In this document: piece by piece, positions 1 through 8,884 of the stretch
Layout: each line of letters begins with the position of its first letter
Position numbering within the stretch: position 1 is the stretch's first letter
DNA from: Candidatus Jordarchaeia archaeon
GTDB taxonomy: Archaea; Asgardarchaeota; Jordiarchaeia; Jordiarchaeales; Jordiarchaeaceae
Assembly (NCBI GenBank): GCA_029856435.1
Contig: JAHQXB010000022.1
Span: forward strand, 25 to 24,024
Length of the DNA: 24,000 bases
Reading direction: 5' to 3'
The notes under the pieces: model-generated
Database searches by the model: none
What the model was told of the DNA's origin: nothing
Seen by the model: the letters and a program-made list of their open reading frames with translations, nothing else
Position numbers and translations under genes: made by a program

Positions 1-123
1 TCTGCTTATGGAGCGGCCACGCGCCTTCAGAGTCACTTCCTTTTTTCCGTTATGGAAAAGAGTTATGCATGCTAAAACATAATTCATCACGGGTTTGGAA
101 CCTATGTAGATAGAGTTTTCTTC
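1..123 (-). CDS. albA: Chromatin/RNA-binding protein Alba, N-terminal part only (gene continues past the left window edge)
   Basis: The minus-strand translation of 1..123 reads [42 protein letters not shown]. This matches the conserved Alba N-terminus (..[31 protein letters not shown]..). It is absent from the ORF track because the window edge truncates it. The only in-frame canonical starts are GTG 88-90 and ATG 85-87; see the start-anomaly finding. Confidence 0.8.
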
Positions 124-188
124 TGACCTGGTTGTTACCTCTTCAAGGCTTTTGGATTGGTTGCATTATCACTAAACGCCGTATATAC

Positions 189-203
189 CTATAAATAATA
201 AAG
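189..203 (-). promoter_or_regulatory. Candidate archaeal TATA box upstream of alba
   Basis: The minus strand reads TTTATTATTTATAGG, about 25-35 nt upstream of the ATG at 166..164. That spacing fits a leaderless or short-leader archaeal transcript. By eye only. Confidence 0.3.
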
Positions 204-215
204 TTTTTGGTGACA

Positions 216-830
216 CTAAAAAAGTCGGAGGAATTCGTCCAGTCCTTGGCCGGTTTTCTCGTTTCCCTCTACCCCCATCTCCCATTTTCCGCTCACCCCC
301 AGCATCACTCCCCGCCGTTGTAGAATGCGTCTAGGTCGGTCACGGCTATTTTCTCCTTCTCGTAGCTCAGGGTTTCTGGTTCTCCTTCTATACAGTAGTT
401 TTCGAGGGGGTCTATGTGGCTTTCCAGAGTATGCTGGGCTTGACGCCGTAGAATGCTTTGGTCTTCTCAACGCTGGAGTTAAGGTAGATGTAGGCTGCGA
501 TCGCCATTATCATCTTCTTGAACCTGAAGATAGTACTCTTGAAGGTGTTTGTGGATGGGTGCCTTTTTTCCGCATCTTTTGCATAGGAATGCTTATGTTC
601 AGGCTCCGTTTTGTCCATCCTTGACCGGGGGGAGCCGCAGAAGCGGCGCAGCAATCTTCTTGGTATCAGTATGGTGGTGTTGACTGCTTCTGGTATTAGG
701 GGTGGTGTTGATCTTCTTCACTACGTTCCAGCTTTTCTCCATCTCCTCATTTGGGGACGTGATTTCGATTTCGGGTGTTTGGGTTGAGACAGGTCTCAGG
801 TCTCCTTTTGGGGGTACATAAGTCGCCGTG
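216..830 (-). pseudogene. Possible decayed DDE (IS4/IS5-like) transposase remnant
   Basis: Protein-like minus-strand sequence is split over several frames by stops or frameshifts. One piece is ..DKTEPEHKHSYAKDAEKRHPSTNTFKSTIFRFKKMIMAIAAYIYLN..YGVKPSIL (654..415). The next is HIDPLENYCIEGEPETLSYEKEKIAVTDLDAFYNGGE (418..308, a different frame), followed by a tail ending at 216. The F.FKKMIMAIA and IAVTDxxFY blocks loosely resemble the GYK.H.A.D and ..aDrGY blocks of DDE_Tnp_1 transposases. I could not identify terminal inverted repeats. Confidence 0.3.
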
Positions 831-990
831 GTTCATAACATCATCACCCTTATAACCCCCAACGAAAATATTCCTTTTGGGACACCATCACTCGCTAACC
901 GAAGGTGTTATTTTTATATTGTGAAAAAATATAAAATTAAAGACTTAACATAGTATATTGAACCTTCCTGATTTCTAAAAATTCTGGGTA

Positions 991-3048
991 ATGGTTAACA
1001 TGATTAAGGCGTTCCATATTCTTCTGAAGTCCGGTGAGCCCCTTTTCCATAGGGCTTATGGTAAGGAGCAGGTAGATGAATCGCTTTTTTCGGGGTTTCT
1101 AGGCGCTGTTTACAACTTTGCTAAGGAACTGGGCCATGGAGATATCAAGACTGTGGAGGTTGGCGATGCAAGGTTCGTATGCGAAGTTTCTGAGAACTTG
1201 ATTTTCGTGGCTGTTGTTGGGAAAGACGACGATGAGCAAGAACTCAAAAATTTTCTAGGCTTTGCTTCTAAAGCCTTTGTTAACCGCTTCAGGGAGGAAC
1301 TTAGAACATGGCGAGGAAATGTGGTTGTCTTTAGGCCATTTACCCAAGAGTTAGATCACTTGGTAGAAGATTATCAAATGAGGCGGCTCCCCGGTAAGGT
1401 TAAACTGGTGCCTTTTCTAAGAGATGCTTCTGGGGGGTCTTCAAGTTACCCCTTTGATGTGGAGATTGCCTCTGTTTTCTCTTTACTGGAAGATGCAAGA
1501 GGGCGTGGAGGGGGCTTTCTCTGGAAAAAGCCAGAGGAGGAGTTGAGGGGTATTGTAAGAGTTTTATGGCCTTTTTGGATAGTGCCTTTTGAGGATGGAG
1601 TCCGGGGAGTTATAGTGGATGCTATGAGTACGGCGTCCCTACAAATACGAACTAAACGTTACCCGGCTTTAGATAACGCTGATGATTTTCTCAAAATAAA
1701 TAGTGTAGATGTGTTTGTAAATTCTCTCGAGGATCTACTATTAGATTTAGAAAGTGAGAAATTGGAGGAATTTCCACTATATGGATTTTTAGCTCCAGAG
1801 TTAGTTAAAGATTTGGAGGTCAGCTTTTCTCAAGCGAGGTTGGGTGAGGCTAAGGATTATGTTGTAGTCCGCCCCCTTGTAAGTCGCACCCAGGCGGTTG
1901 AGAATAAAACTGTTTTTATGAAGTTAATTCAGGATTTGGAAATACGTTCTCAAAGGCTAATGGAAAAGGAAAATTTCTTAACATTAATAACTGAGAAATG
2001 GCTCAAGGTAATAAGTGAAAAGATGGTGGAGACCGGGGAAAGTTATAAAGTAAAAATAGAGGAAACCGTGAAGGATGTTGAGAAGCAGATTGGAATGCTC
2101 TTACAGCTAAGAGAAGAGGAACTAAAAAAGCTTGATGCTTGGTTTGCTGAAGCCGATAAGAATCTAATACTAGAAATAAAAGAATTGTTTGGTCCACTGA
2201 TTGAGGTTTTAGAAGATGTTGCGTTAAAATCCACCGAGGAGATAGAAAAAACAATCGATGAAAAAATTAGTGTGTTGGAAGTTATAGAGGGGAGAATTCA
2301 AAAATTAGCTAACGTTTCGGAGTATATGAATAAGATCAAGAAATTGATGGAGAACATTTCTAAGAGTATAAAGAAAATTGATTCAACTATTGAGAAAATA
2401 AACAAGAAAATAGAAGTTGACAAAAACTCTATTCTGCAGGACTTTGATAGGAAGATTATGGAACAAAGAAGCCGTGTAGACTTGCTGAAAGAAGAAGCAA
2501 AAGATGTCTTGGGCAAACAACAGATTTTAATGGGCAGAGTTAAATCTAAAATCCAGGAATTAAGTCAGCTGGTTCAACGTGAGCGCAAAGAAATCGGGCA
2601 TATCTTAAACCTTTTAAATTCGCTAATAGTTAAAATGCCGGACAAAATATTTTCCCCATCTCTATTTTATATTCCTCTCTACATTGGAAAATTCGAAGAT
2701 ACAAAGCAAGAAAGATTTTTTGTGGTGCCCCCATTAGTTCTGCTAAAATCGAACGAAGCTATTAGTTGTGATTTTGGGCAGAAAACACTCCCCTTAGATC
2801 TACCTAACCCTGCGTTTCTAGAAGCTGTAAAAGGAAAGGCTGAAACACTAATTAATGATAGTAAGGAACTAAAATTAGAAATTCAAAAGGGCCTTAAAAA
2901 AGCAAATCTAATAAATTCACAACAAGTAGAAACATGCGTTTACGAAGGCTTAAACAATCTATTACGCCTCAATATTCTTACTGAGAAGGACTTTCAAATT
3001 TTGAAAGCTAGAGCCAAAGAGGTTTTTAGGACGGAGGAGAGAATTTAA
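991..3048 (+). CDS. Longin/roadblock-like N-terminal domain protein with long coiled coil (function unknown)
   Basis: This is a 685-aa ORF with an AT-rich TATA-like region upstream (about 905..945). The N-terminal ~100 aa (MIKAFHILLKSGEPLFHRAYG...ARFVCEVSENLIFVAVVGKDDDEQELKNFLGFASKAFVNRF) follows the pattern of longin / roadblock (LC7, MglB) alpha-beta domains. Residues ~300-560 are heptad-rich K/E/I/L coiled coil. The start may be ATG 991 or ATG 1000. Confidence 0.6.
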   Translation: MVNMIKAFHILLKSGEPLFHRAYGKEQVDESLFSGFLGAVYNFAKELGHGDIKTVEVGDARFVCEVSENLIFVAVVGKDDDEQELKNFLGFASKAFVNRFREELRTWRGNVVVFRPFTQELDHLVEDYQMRRLPGKVKLVPFLRDASGGSSSYPFDVEIASVFSLLEDARGRGGGFLWKKPEEELRGIVRVLWPFWIVPFEDGVRGVIVDAMSTASLQIRTKRYPALDNADDFLKINSVDVFVNSLEDLLLDLESEKLEEFPLYGFLAPELVKDLEVSFSQARLGEAKDYVVVRPLVSRTQAVENKTVFMKLIQDLEIRSQRLMEKENFLTLITEKWLKVISEKMVETGESYKVKIEETVKDVEKQIGMLLQLREEELKKLDAWFAEADKNLILEIKELFGPLIEVLEDVALKSTEEIEKTIDEKISVLEVIEGRIQKLANVSEYMNKIKKLMENISKSIKKIDSTIEKINKKIEVDKNSILQDFDRKIMEQRSRVDLLKEEAKDVLGKQQILMGRVKSKIQELSQLVQRERKEIGHILNLLNSLIVKMPDKIFSPSLFYIPLYIGKFEDTKQERFFVVPPLVLLKSNEAISCDFGQKTLPLDLPNPAFLEAVKGKAETLINDSKELKLEIQKGLKKANLINSQQVETCVYEGLNNLLRLNILTEKDFQILKARAKEVFRTEERI

Positions 3049-3058
3049 AAAATAAAAT

Positions 3059-4171
3059 TTAACCAATCAGTTCATATATTGTTGTTCTCTGAACTGGGAT
3101 CCGTCCACAGTCTTTGATGAGGGCTATTATAGTTTCGGGGGGAAGATACTCTCCACTGGGGGATCCAGCTATTTTTGAAATATTTTCCTCAATTAATGTT
3201 CCGCCGAAATCATTTGCGCCCGCGTTTAAGCAGAACTGGGCGAATTTTGTGCCAAGCTTAACCCAGCTCACCTGGATATTATTTATTAATCCGTCAAACA
3301 TTAAGCGGGAAATAGCATAAACTTTTACGTCTTCCATGCCTGTGGCGCCTGGCCGGGAGGAAAAATTCTTGTAGAGCTCTGTTTGTTGGTGAATGAAGCT
3401 GAGTGGAACAAATTCTGTGAATCCCTTGGTTCTTTTCTGTATATTTCTTAAAATATCCATATGGACTGCCTTGTCTCTACTGCTTTCTATATGCCCATAC
3501 ATCATAGTGCTTGAGGTCAATATTCCTAACCTATGGGCTTCCTCAATAATCTTAATCCATTCCTTTACTGATATTTTCGTGGGGCAAATCACTTCCCTAA
3601 CTTTATCCACTAATATTTCTGCCGCTGTTCCGGGCATAGAGTTTAATCCCGCTTCCTTTAGAATCTTTAAGACTTCACATGTGCTTAACCCTTCCTTTCT
3701 TGCAGCGTGGTGTATCTCCATTGGGCTGAAGGCGTGAATGTGTATGTCTGGGCTAACCCTTCTCACTGCCTTTATTATTTCTAGGTATAAGTCGAGGGTT
3801 GCTTCTGGATGCAGTCCACCTTGAATGCAAACTTCGGTGGCTCTCATATTTATTGCTTCGCGGGTTTTGTTTTCAATCTCTTTTGTTGATAAAAGAAATT
3901 GGTTCGGAGAATCTTTATCTTCCCTAAATGCGCAAAAACGGCATCTATTGACACACACATTTGTAAAGTTAATGTTTCGATTTATAACATAAGTTACAAT
4001 GTCACCCACAGCTCTCCTTCTAATCTGATCCGCGACAAGGATTAAGGCTAGAAACTCTTGGCCAGTGCAATTGAACAGGAGTTCTGCTTCGTCTATCGAG
4101 GGAGGGTGCCCATCTATGGCTCTTTGAAGTATGTGGGAAACTTCCCCATTTATGTTATCTAGCAAATTCAA
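3059..4171 (-). CDS. cofH: FO synthase subunit 2 (5-amino-6-(D-ribitylamino)uracil--L-tyrosine 4-hydroxyphenyl transferase), radical SAM
   Basis: The motif TYVINRNINFTNVCVNRCRFCAF (CxxxCxxC) matches the CofH / FbiC C-terminal half. Length is 370 aa. The TTG start overlaps the cofG stop (TTGA at 4171..4168). Confidence 0.85.
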   Translation of the reverse strand: MNLLDNINGEVSHILQRAIDGHPPSIDEAELLFNCTGQEFLALILVADQIRRRAVGDIVTYVINRNINFTNVCVNRCRFCAFREDKDSPNQFLLSTKEIENKTREAINMRATEVCIQGGLHPEATLDLYLEIIKAVRRVSPDIHIHAFSPMEIHHAARKEGLSTCEVLKILKEAGLNSMPGTAAEILVDKVREVICPTKISVKEWIKIIEEAHRLGILTSSTMMYGHIESSRDKAVHMDILRNIQKRTKGFTEFVPLSFIHQQTELYKNFSSRPGATGMEDVKVYAISRLMFDGLINNIQVSWVKLGTKFAQFCLNAGANDFGGTLIEENISKIAGSPSGEYLPPETIIALIKDCGRIPVQRTTIYELIG

Positions 4172-5304
4172 TTTTCACACTTCCTGTAACCTTTTTCGTC
4201 TGCCAATTCGTGGATGAGGGGGGCAATTTTACCAGAAACATAGCCTTTTTGTATATATTTCGGATAAATTGGTAATCTTTCTACCAGTCTGAAGTTATTT
4301 TCTCTAGTTACTTTTTCAAGCTTTTGCCTTGTTGGCCAGGGATGATTTGGATTAATTTCATCTGAAGTTACTGGTGAGATTCCTCCCCAGTCATTCATCC
4401 CCGATGTTAGTAGCTCACATTCACGTCCAATGTTTAAATTTGGGGGAATCTGAATGCTTACTTCACCCCTAAAAACTAATCGCGTAATAGCAGCGGTTAG
4501 CATAACATCACTCAAACTTGGCGGCGGCACCTTTTCCATGGGTGTGCCCGGTATCGGAGTGAAATTCTGAACTATTATTTCCTGTATGTGGCCATATTTT
4601 TCATGGAGCTTTTTTAAGGTGAATATACTCTCTATTCTTTCCTTAACTGTTTCCCCTATTCCCAGAAGGATGCCGGTCGTGAAGGGCACCTTCAACTCTC
4701 CCGCGTATTTTATAGTTTTGATTCTGCTCTCAGGTAATTTTCCTGGACTATGCTCATGCGGTCCGCCCGCTCCACACAGTCTCTCACTACAATTTTCCAA
4801 CATGAGGCCCATACTGGCATTCACCTGTTTCAGCTTCTCAATCTCACTCTTCTCCAAGATTCCCGGATTGCTGTGAGGAAGCAATCCCACATCTAGTGCC
4901 GCCAGACAAAGATCGTAGAGATAATCCACCATTGAGGAGTATCCCCACTCCTCAAGTAAATTTCTAACTTCGGGATACTTTTCTTCAGGTTTCTCCCCGA
5001 AGGTGAAGAGGGCTTCAGTGCACCCCGCCTTTTTTCCCCTAATTAAGAGATTTTCTACTTCTTCGGGGCTCATAATCCTTGCAAGCGGATCCCCCGGTTC
5101 CCTTCGAAAACCACAATAACTGCAACGGTTTCTACAATAATTGGTTAGGGGAATAAAAACGTTTAGAGAAAATGTTACAATGTCACCATAATACCTTTTC
5201 CTTATTCTATTAGCCACATCACATATAGCCCGAAGATTTTTTTCACTTGATAGACTTAGTGCTTCCTCAAATGTTAAGTCCTCGAAATCAATATTCTTAA
5301 ACAC
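4168..5304 (-). CDS. cofG: FO synthase subunit 1 (7,8-didemethyl-8-hydroxy-5-deazariboflavin synthase), radical SAM
   Basis: The motif TFSLNVFIPLTNYCRNRCSYCGF matches the CofG / FbiC N-terminal half. Length is 378 aa. The start is GTG at 5304; the first in-frame ATG (residue 78) lies after the Cys triad, so it cannot be the start. Confidence 0.85.
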   Translation of the reverse strand: MFKNIDFEDLTFEEALSLSSEKNLRAICDVANRIRKRYYGDIVTFSLNVFIPLTNYCRNRCSYCGFRREPGDPLARIMSPEEVENLLIRGKKAGCTEALFTFGEKPEEKYPEVRNLLEEWGYSSMVDYLYDLCLAALDVGLLPHSNPGILEKSEIEKLKQVNASMGLMLENCSERLCGAGGPHEHSPGKLPESRIKTIKYAGELKVPFTTGILLGIGETVKERIESIFTLKKLHEKYGHIQEIIVQNFTPIPGTPMEKVPPPSLSDVMLTAAITRLVFRGEVSIQIPPNLNIGRECELLTSGMNDWGGISPVTSDEINPNHPWPTRQKLEKVTRENNFRLVERLPIYPKYIQKGYVSGKIAPLIHELADEKGYRKCEN

Positions 5305-5345
5305 GACCCAAGCCTTCCTTGATTTGTAAATATTAGTTGAATCTG

Positions 5346-6485
5346 CTATAGGGAGAGAGTATTTTTCTTTTTGGCGGATGGGAAGGAGCCCATTATTTTT
5401 ACCTCTCCGGCGATTTTTCTAATATTTATTATTGCCTCCTTAACCTTTGGGTCTTTTCTGTGGCCTTCCAAATCCACAAAAAATATGTAGTCTCCTAAAA
5501 CTCTTTTTGAGGGTCTAGACTCGATTCTTGTAAGGTTGATGTTTCTTTCTTTGAACTGCTCTAAAACTTCGCATAAAGCACCGGGTCTATCCTGCAATAG
5601 AAATATGGCTATGGAGGTTTTATCTTGGCCTGTGGGTTCAGTGTCTTCGGGGGCTATGACTGCGAACCGGGTTTCATTGGTTTGTTCATCCTGTATTCCC
5701 TCGGCGAGCACAGTCATTCCATAAAGTTTTGCGGCTGCTAGGCTACCGATGGCCGCTATGTTTGTGTCTTCTTCTTCTGCAACCATCTTAACCGCCTCTG
5801 CGGTGCTAAGAGTTTCATAGAGATGTGCATGTGGTAGCTTTTTGGCTAGAAATGTTCTACACTGGGCCAAAGCTTGTGGATGAGAGTAAACCTTCGTTAT
5901 TTTGTCAAGGCTTATTTTTTCTTTTGAAATTAAATTGTGTACCACGGGTAGGATGATTTCTCCACAAATCTTTGCCTCGCTTCGAGCTAAGAGGTCCAGG
6001 GTTATCGTTACACTGCCTTCCACCGAATTTTCAATGGGGATGATTCCAATGTCCACATGTTTATTTTCCACAGCAGATATAATACTTGCAATTGTTGACA
6101 TGGGAATTAGTTCCGCTTCGGTTCCCGTTGCGTATTTTAGGGCGGCTTCTTCTGTGAAGGTTCCACGTGGGGATAAATAAGCAATTTTTTTGACTTCGCC
6201 CCTCACCTCGCCTTCCGTTCTTCTTCCATACTCAATGATTTCAAGGAAAATCTTATTCACAAAACTGGGATCCAAGCCCATTTCGACTGCCCTTTTTTCA
6301 CTATTGGCAATTACTTGTGTTTCCCTTTTCTGGTCTCTAATCTTCAATTTCAAACTTGACTTTACTTTGGCTAGCTCCCTGATCTTATCTCTTCTCTGGG
6401 CTAAGAGCTCCACTATCTGTGAATCGATTTCGTCTATTTTCTTCCTAATGGTTACCAACTTATCTTCATAATTTTTTGATGTCAC
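5346..6485 (-). CDS. pheA: Bifunctional chorismate mutase / prephenate dehydratase with C-terminal ACT domain
   Basis: There is an N-terminal helical CM_2-like region (LVTIRKKIDEIDSQIVELLAQRRD...). PDT motifs IAYLSPRGTFTEEAA and LTRIESRPSK follow, and the tail is ACT-like. The start is GTG, with a GGTG SD-like element just upstream. Confidence 0.85.
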   Translation of the reverse strand: MTSKNYEDKLVTIRKKIDEIDSQIVELLAQRRDKIRELAKVKSSLKLKIRDQKRETQVIANSEKRAVEMGLDPSFVNKIFLEIIEYGRRTEGEVRGEVKKIAYLSPRGTFTEEAALKYATGTEAELIPMSTIASIISAVENKHVDIGIIPIENSVEGSVTITLDLLARSEAKICGEIILPVVHNLISKEKISLDKITKVYSHPQALAQCRTFLAKKLPHAHLYETLSTAEAVKMVAEEEDTNIAAIGSLAAAKLYGMTVLAEGIQDEQTNETRFAVIAPEDTEPTGQDKTSIAIFLLQDRPGALCEVLEQFKERNINLTRIESRPSKRVLGDYIFFVDLEGHRKDPKVKEAIINIRKIAGEVKIMGSFPSAKKKNTLSL

Positions 6486-6654
6486 TTCTCACACCAATCT
6501 GCGACTTAAGAATGCAGATTACTTTTTTAGATTTATAACTTTCTGTTAGGTAGTATTGGGACTTGCAAAACCAATATATTGTCCTTTGAGTCTCTTTTTA
6601 ATATTAAAAAATTTAAATCCTTTGACCTATTTCCGGAATTTACGGTGCCTTACT

Positions 6655-7437
6655 ATGTGTAAATTGTTAGCCTTATCTGGTAGTAGTGAAGAAGACAACA
6701 AAGGTATTTTGGAAGCTTTTGTTAAAAAATTTGGGTCTACAAATCCAGATGGTTGGGGAATGGCCTATCTGGACGAATCAACTGGACTATACCGTATCAA
6801 AAAGGTTTACCATAGGGACCGACGACGGTTGGAGGAGGCTTTCTTCCGTGATTTAGGAGAGGTAAAAACCAGGTCGTTAATTGCTCATTTACGAAAGGCA
6901 TCAATCGGTCGGAAGAGTCAAGAGAACTGCCATCCCTTCGAAGGATACATAGATAACCACCAATTTATCTTTGTACATAATGGTAGTGTGTGGCCCAGAA
7001 GAGTTCTTGAATCTAAACTGGTTAACCATAAACCAGAATCTGATGATCCCACTGATTCAGAACTGGTTTTCTGCTACATCATGGAAGTTTTAGAAGAAAG
7101 GGGTGTCAATCTGAACTCGTGGCGGGATATAGTTGAAACTATAAATAGTGTAGTTTTAAGCATCCGCTCGGAGGCCCTTATTACTAAATTTAATTTCATA
7201 CTCGCCGATAAAAGTTACATATACTGCTACAACTGGGGTGAACTCCAATATTCACTAATTGAGGAAAGCACTAATAGCAAACTTCCCAACGAAACATTCT
7301 CCCCCAGTAATGGAAAATTTTTAGTGTGCAGTAGACCTCTAATGGAACCCCCTTCTTGGAACTCCATACCCCCAAAAACCATTTTGGTTCTACGAGAGGG
7401 AAAAATACAATTCTCAAGCAAAAATACTAGATTCTAG
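6655..7437 (+). CDS. Class II (Ntn) glutamine amidotransferase, YafJ-like
   Basis: The product begins MCKLLALSG, where Cys2 is the catalytic nucleophile after Met removal. It also has GWGMAY and IAHLRKAS..NCHPF motifs. The track ORF starts at 6556, but the conserved MC start at 6655 is preferred. Confidence 0.7.
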   Translation: MCKLLALSGSSEEDNKGILEAFVKKFGSTNPDGWGMAYLDESTGLYRIKKVYHRDRRRLEEAFFRDLGEVKTRSLIAHLRKASIGRKSQENCHPFEGYIDNHQFIFVHNGSVWPRRVLESKLVNHKPESDDPTDSELVFCYIMEVLEERGVNLNSWRDIVETINSVVLSIRSEALITKFNFILADKSYIYCYNWGELQYSLIEESTNSKLPNETFSPSNGKFLVCSRPLMEPPSWNSIPPKTILVLREGKIQFSSKNTRF

Positions 7438-7580
7438 GTAGCTAATTTTTAAATTAAACCCAAATATATATAATTGTAAAATGTACTCATAACAATTAAT
7501 TTAGATTTAATGATAATTGGTTATTTAAAAAAGAGACCAAGTTTCCATGAAGCATTATCCGTTTTTGGAGGGTAACCCAA

Positions 7581-8873
7581 TTGAAAGCACTAATACTTGC
7601 GGGCGGAACGGGTAAAAGGCTCTTCCCCTTAACAGAGACTCTTCCCAAAGCCATGATTCCACTGGCTGGGAAACCGGTGCTGGAGTATGTTATAGAATAC
7701 TTGGTTCACACCAACTTGAATGACATCATCATTGTGGTGGGACCTAAAAAGGAGCAAATTTGTGATTACTTCTCAACAGGTAAGGATTTCGGGGCAAATA
7801 TTTCGTATGTAGAGCAAAAGAGACCAGTGGGAGTGGAGGACGCAATTCTCACCGCTCTACCAGTGTTGGAAAAAGAGGAGGAATTCCTAATTGTTCATTC
7901 TGATTTTGTTGCCTCCAGCGAAATAATCCGTAGAGCTATAGAATATCATAAGGGTTTAGATTCCGATGCCACTATTGTGATTACCTTGGTTGACGATCCT
8001 GCCCTTTATGGTGCGGTGGAAATTGATGAAAACGCGAGAATTAAGAGAATTATTGAGAAGCCTAAAAAAGAGGAGGCCCCAAGCAACTATGCTGCAGCAG
8101 GAGTTTATGTCTTTAGGGGGGAGTTCCTAAAGAAATTGGAGGAAACAAAGAGATTTGACGTGGCTGTCCAATTAATGATAGAGGAGGATAAAACGGTTTA
8201 TGGTATGGTTTGGGAAAAGGATTGGATTGAGATAACCTATCCTTGGGATATTCTAAAGGCTAACAGATTCGTTCTGGCCCAAAGGCTTAAAGGTAAGGGC
8301 TCTTTTATTGCAGAAAGCGCGCAGATTGATAGCACTGCCAAAATAGAGGCTCCGGTTTGGATTTGTGACGACGTGATAATAAGGCCTCGCGCGGTCATAA
8401 GAGGCCCCTGTTTCATTGGTCCAGACAGTTTTATTGGTGATGGAGCCCTAATAAGAGACCACACCTCAATAGGTAAGCATGTTTCCATAGGGTTCGGAGT
8501 AGAAATAAAAAATAGTTTAATACTTGACAACTCCTCTGTTGGAAGATTAAGTTATATTGGCGAGAGTATAATAGGAAGATCAGTTAAAATCGGGGCGGGA
8601 ACTCAGACGTGGAATATTAAAATGAGGGGAGGCCCCCCAATAGAAATGAATATTGATGATAAAAAAGTTCCAGTACCCGCAGAACGGTTCGGTGCTATTA
8701 TAGGGGAGAATGCTGAAATAAGCATTAACGTTTCAATATTTCCAGGCAAAAAGATTGGCGCAGGGTCAACGGTATTCCCCGGAGTGATAGTTGAAGAAGA
8801 CGTTCCCTCAAATGCGGAGGTAAGAGCCAAACAAGAAATTAAAATCGTTACAAAAAAAGATTCTAAACTATAA
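7581..8873 (+). CDS. Sugar-1-phosphate nucleotidyltransferase with C-terminal left-handed beta-helix (archaeal GlmU/ST0452-like)
   Basis: The N-terminus is MKALILAGGTGKRLFPLT..PKAMIPLAGKP. Hexapeptide repeats follow (IGDGALIRDHTSIGKHVSIGFGVEIKNS...). The start is TTG, with GGAGGGT about 10 nt upstream. Confidence 0.8.
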   Translation: MKALILAGGTGKRLFPLTETLPKAMIPLAGKPVLEYVIEYLVHTNLNDIIIVVGPKKEQICDYFSTGKDFGANISYVEQKRPVGVEDAILTALPVLEKEEEFLIVHSDFVASSEIIRRAIEYHKGLDSDATIVITLVDDPALYGAVEIDENARIKRIIEKPKKEEAPSNYAAAGVYVFRGEFLKKLEETKRFDVAVQLMIEEDKTVYGMVWEKDWIEITYPWDILKANRFVLAQRLKGKGSFIAESAQIDSTAKIEAPVWICDDVIIRPRAVIRGPCFIGPDSFIGDGALIRDHTSIGKHVSIGFGVEIKNSLILDNSSVGRLSYIGESIIGRSVKIGAGTQTWNIKMRGGPPIEMNIDDKKVPVPAERFGAIIGENAEISINVSIFPGKKIGAGSTVFPGVIVEEDVPSNAEVRAKQEIKIVTKKDSKL

Positions 8874-8884
8874 AGGTATTTGTG

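Noticed and set aside
325-624. 99-aa plus-strand ORF in the left non-coding region
   Set aside because: It has no motif. The opposite strand shows the more protein-like, although disrupted, sequence.
2003-2516. Three minus-strand ORFs (63-83 aa) inside the coiled-coil gene, plus similar short antisense ORFs within cofH, cofG, pheA, psmA and the ATPase gene
   Set aside because: All are embedded antisense to genes with clear homology or strong coding character. Their low-complexity products are shadow ORFs.
6556-6654. 33-codon N-terminal extension of the amidotransferase ORF
   Set aside because: Class II amidotransferases need Cys as the first residue after Met removal. The MCKLL start at 6655 satisfies this. 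The extension lies in the divergent promoter region.
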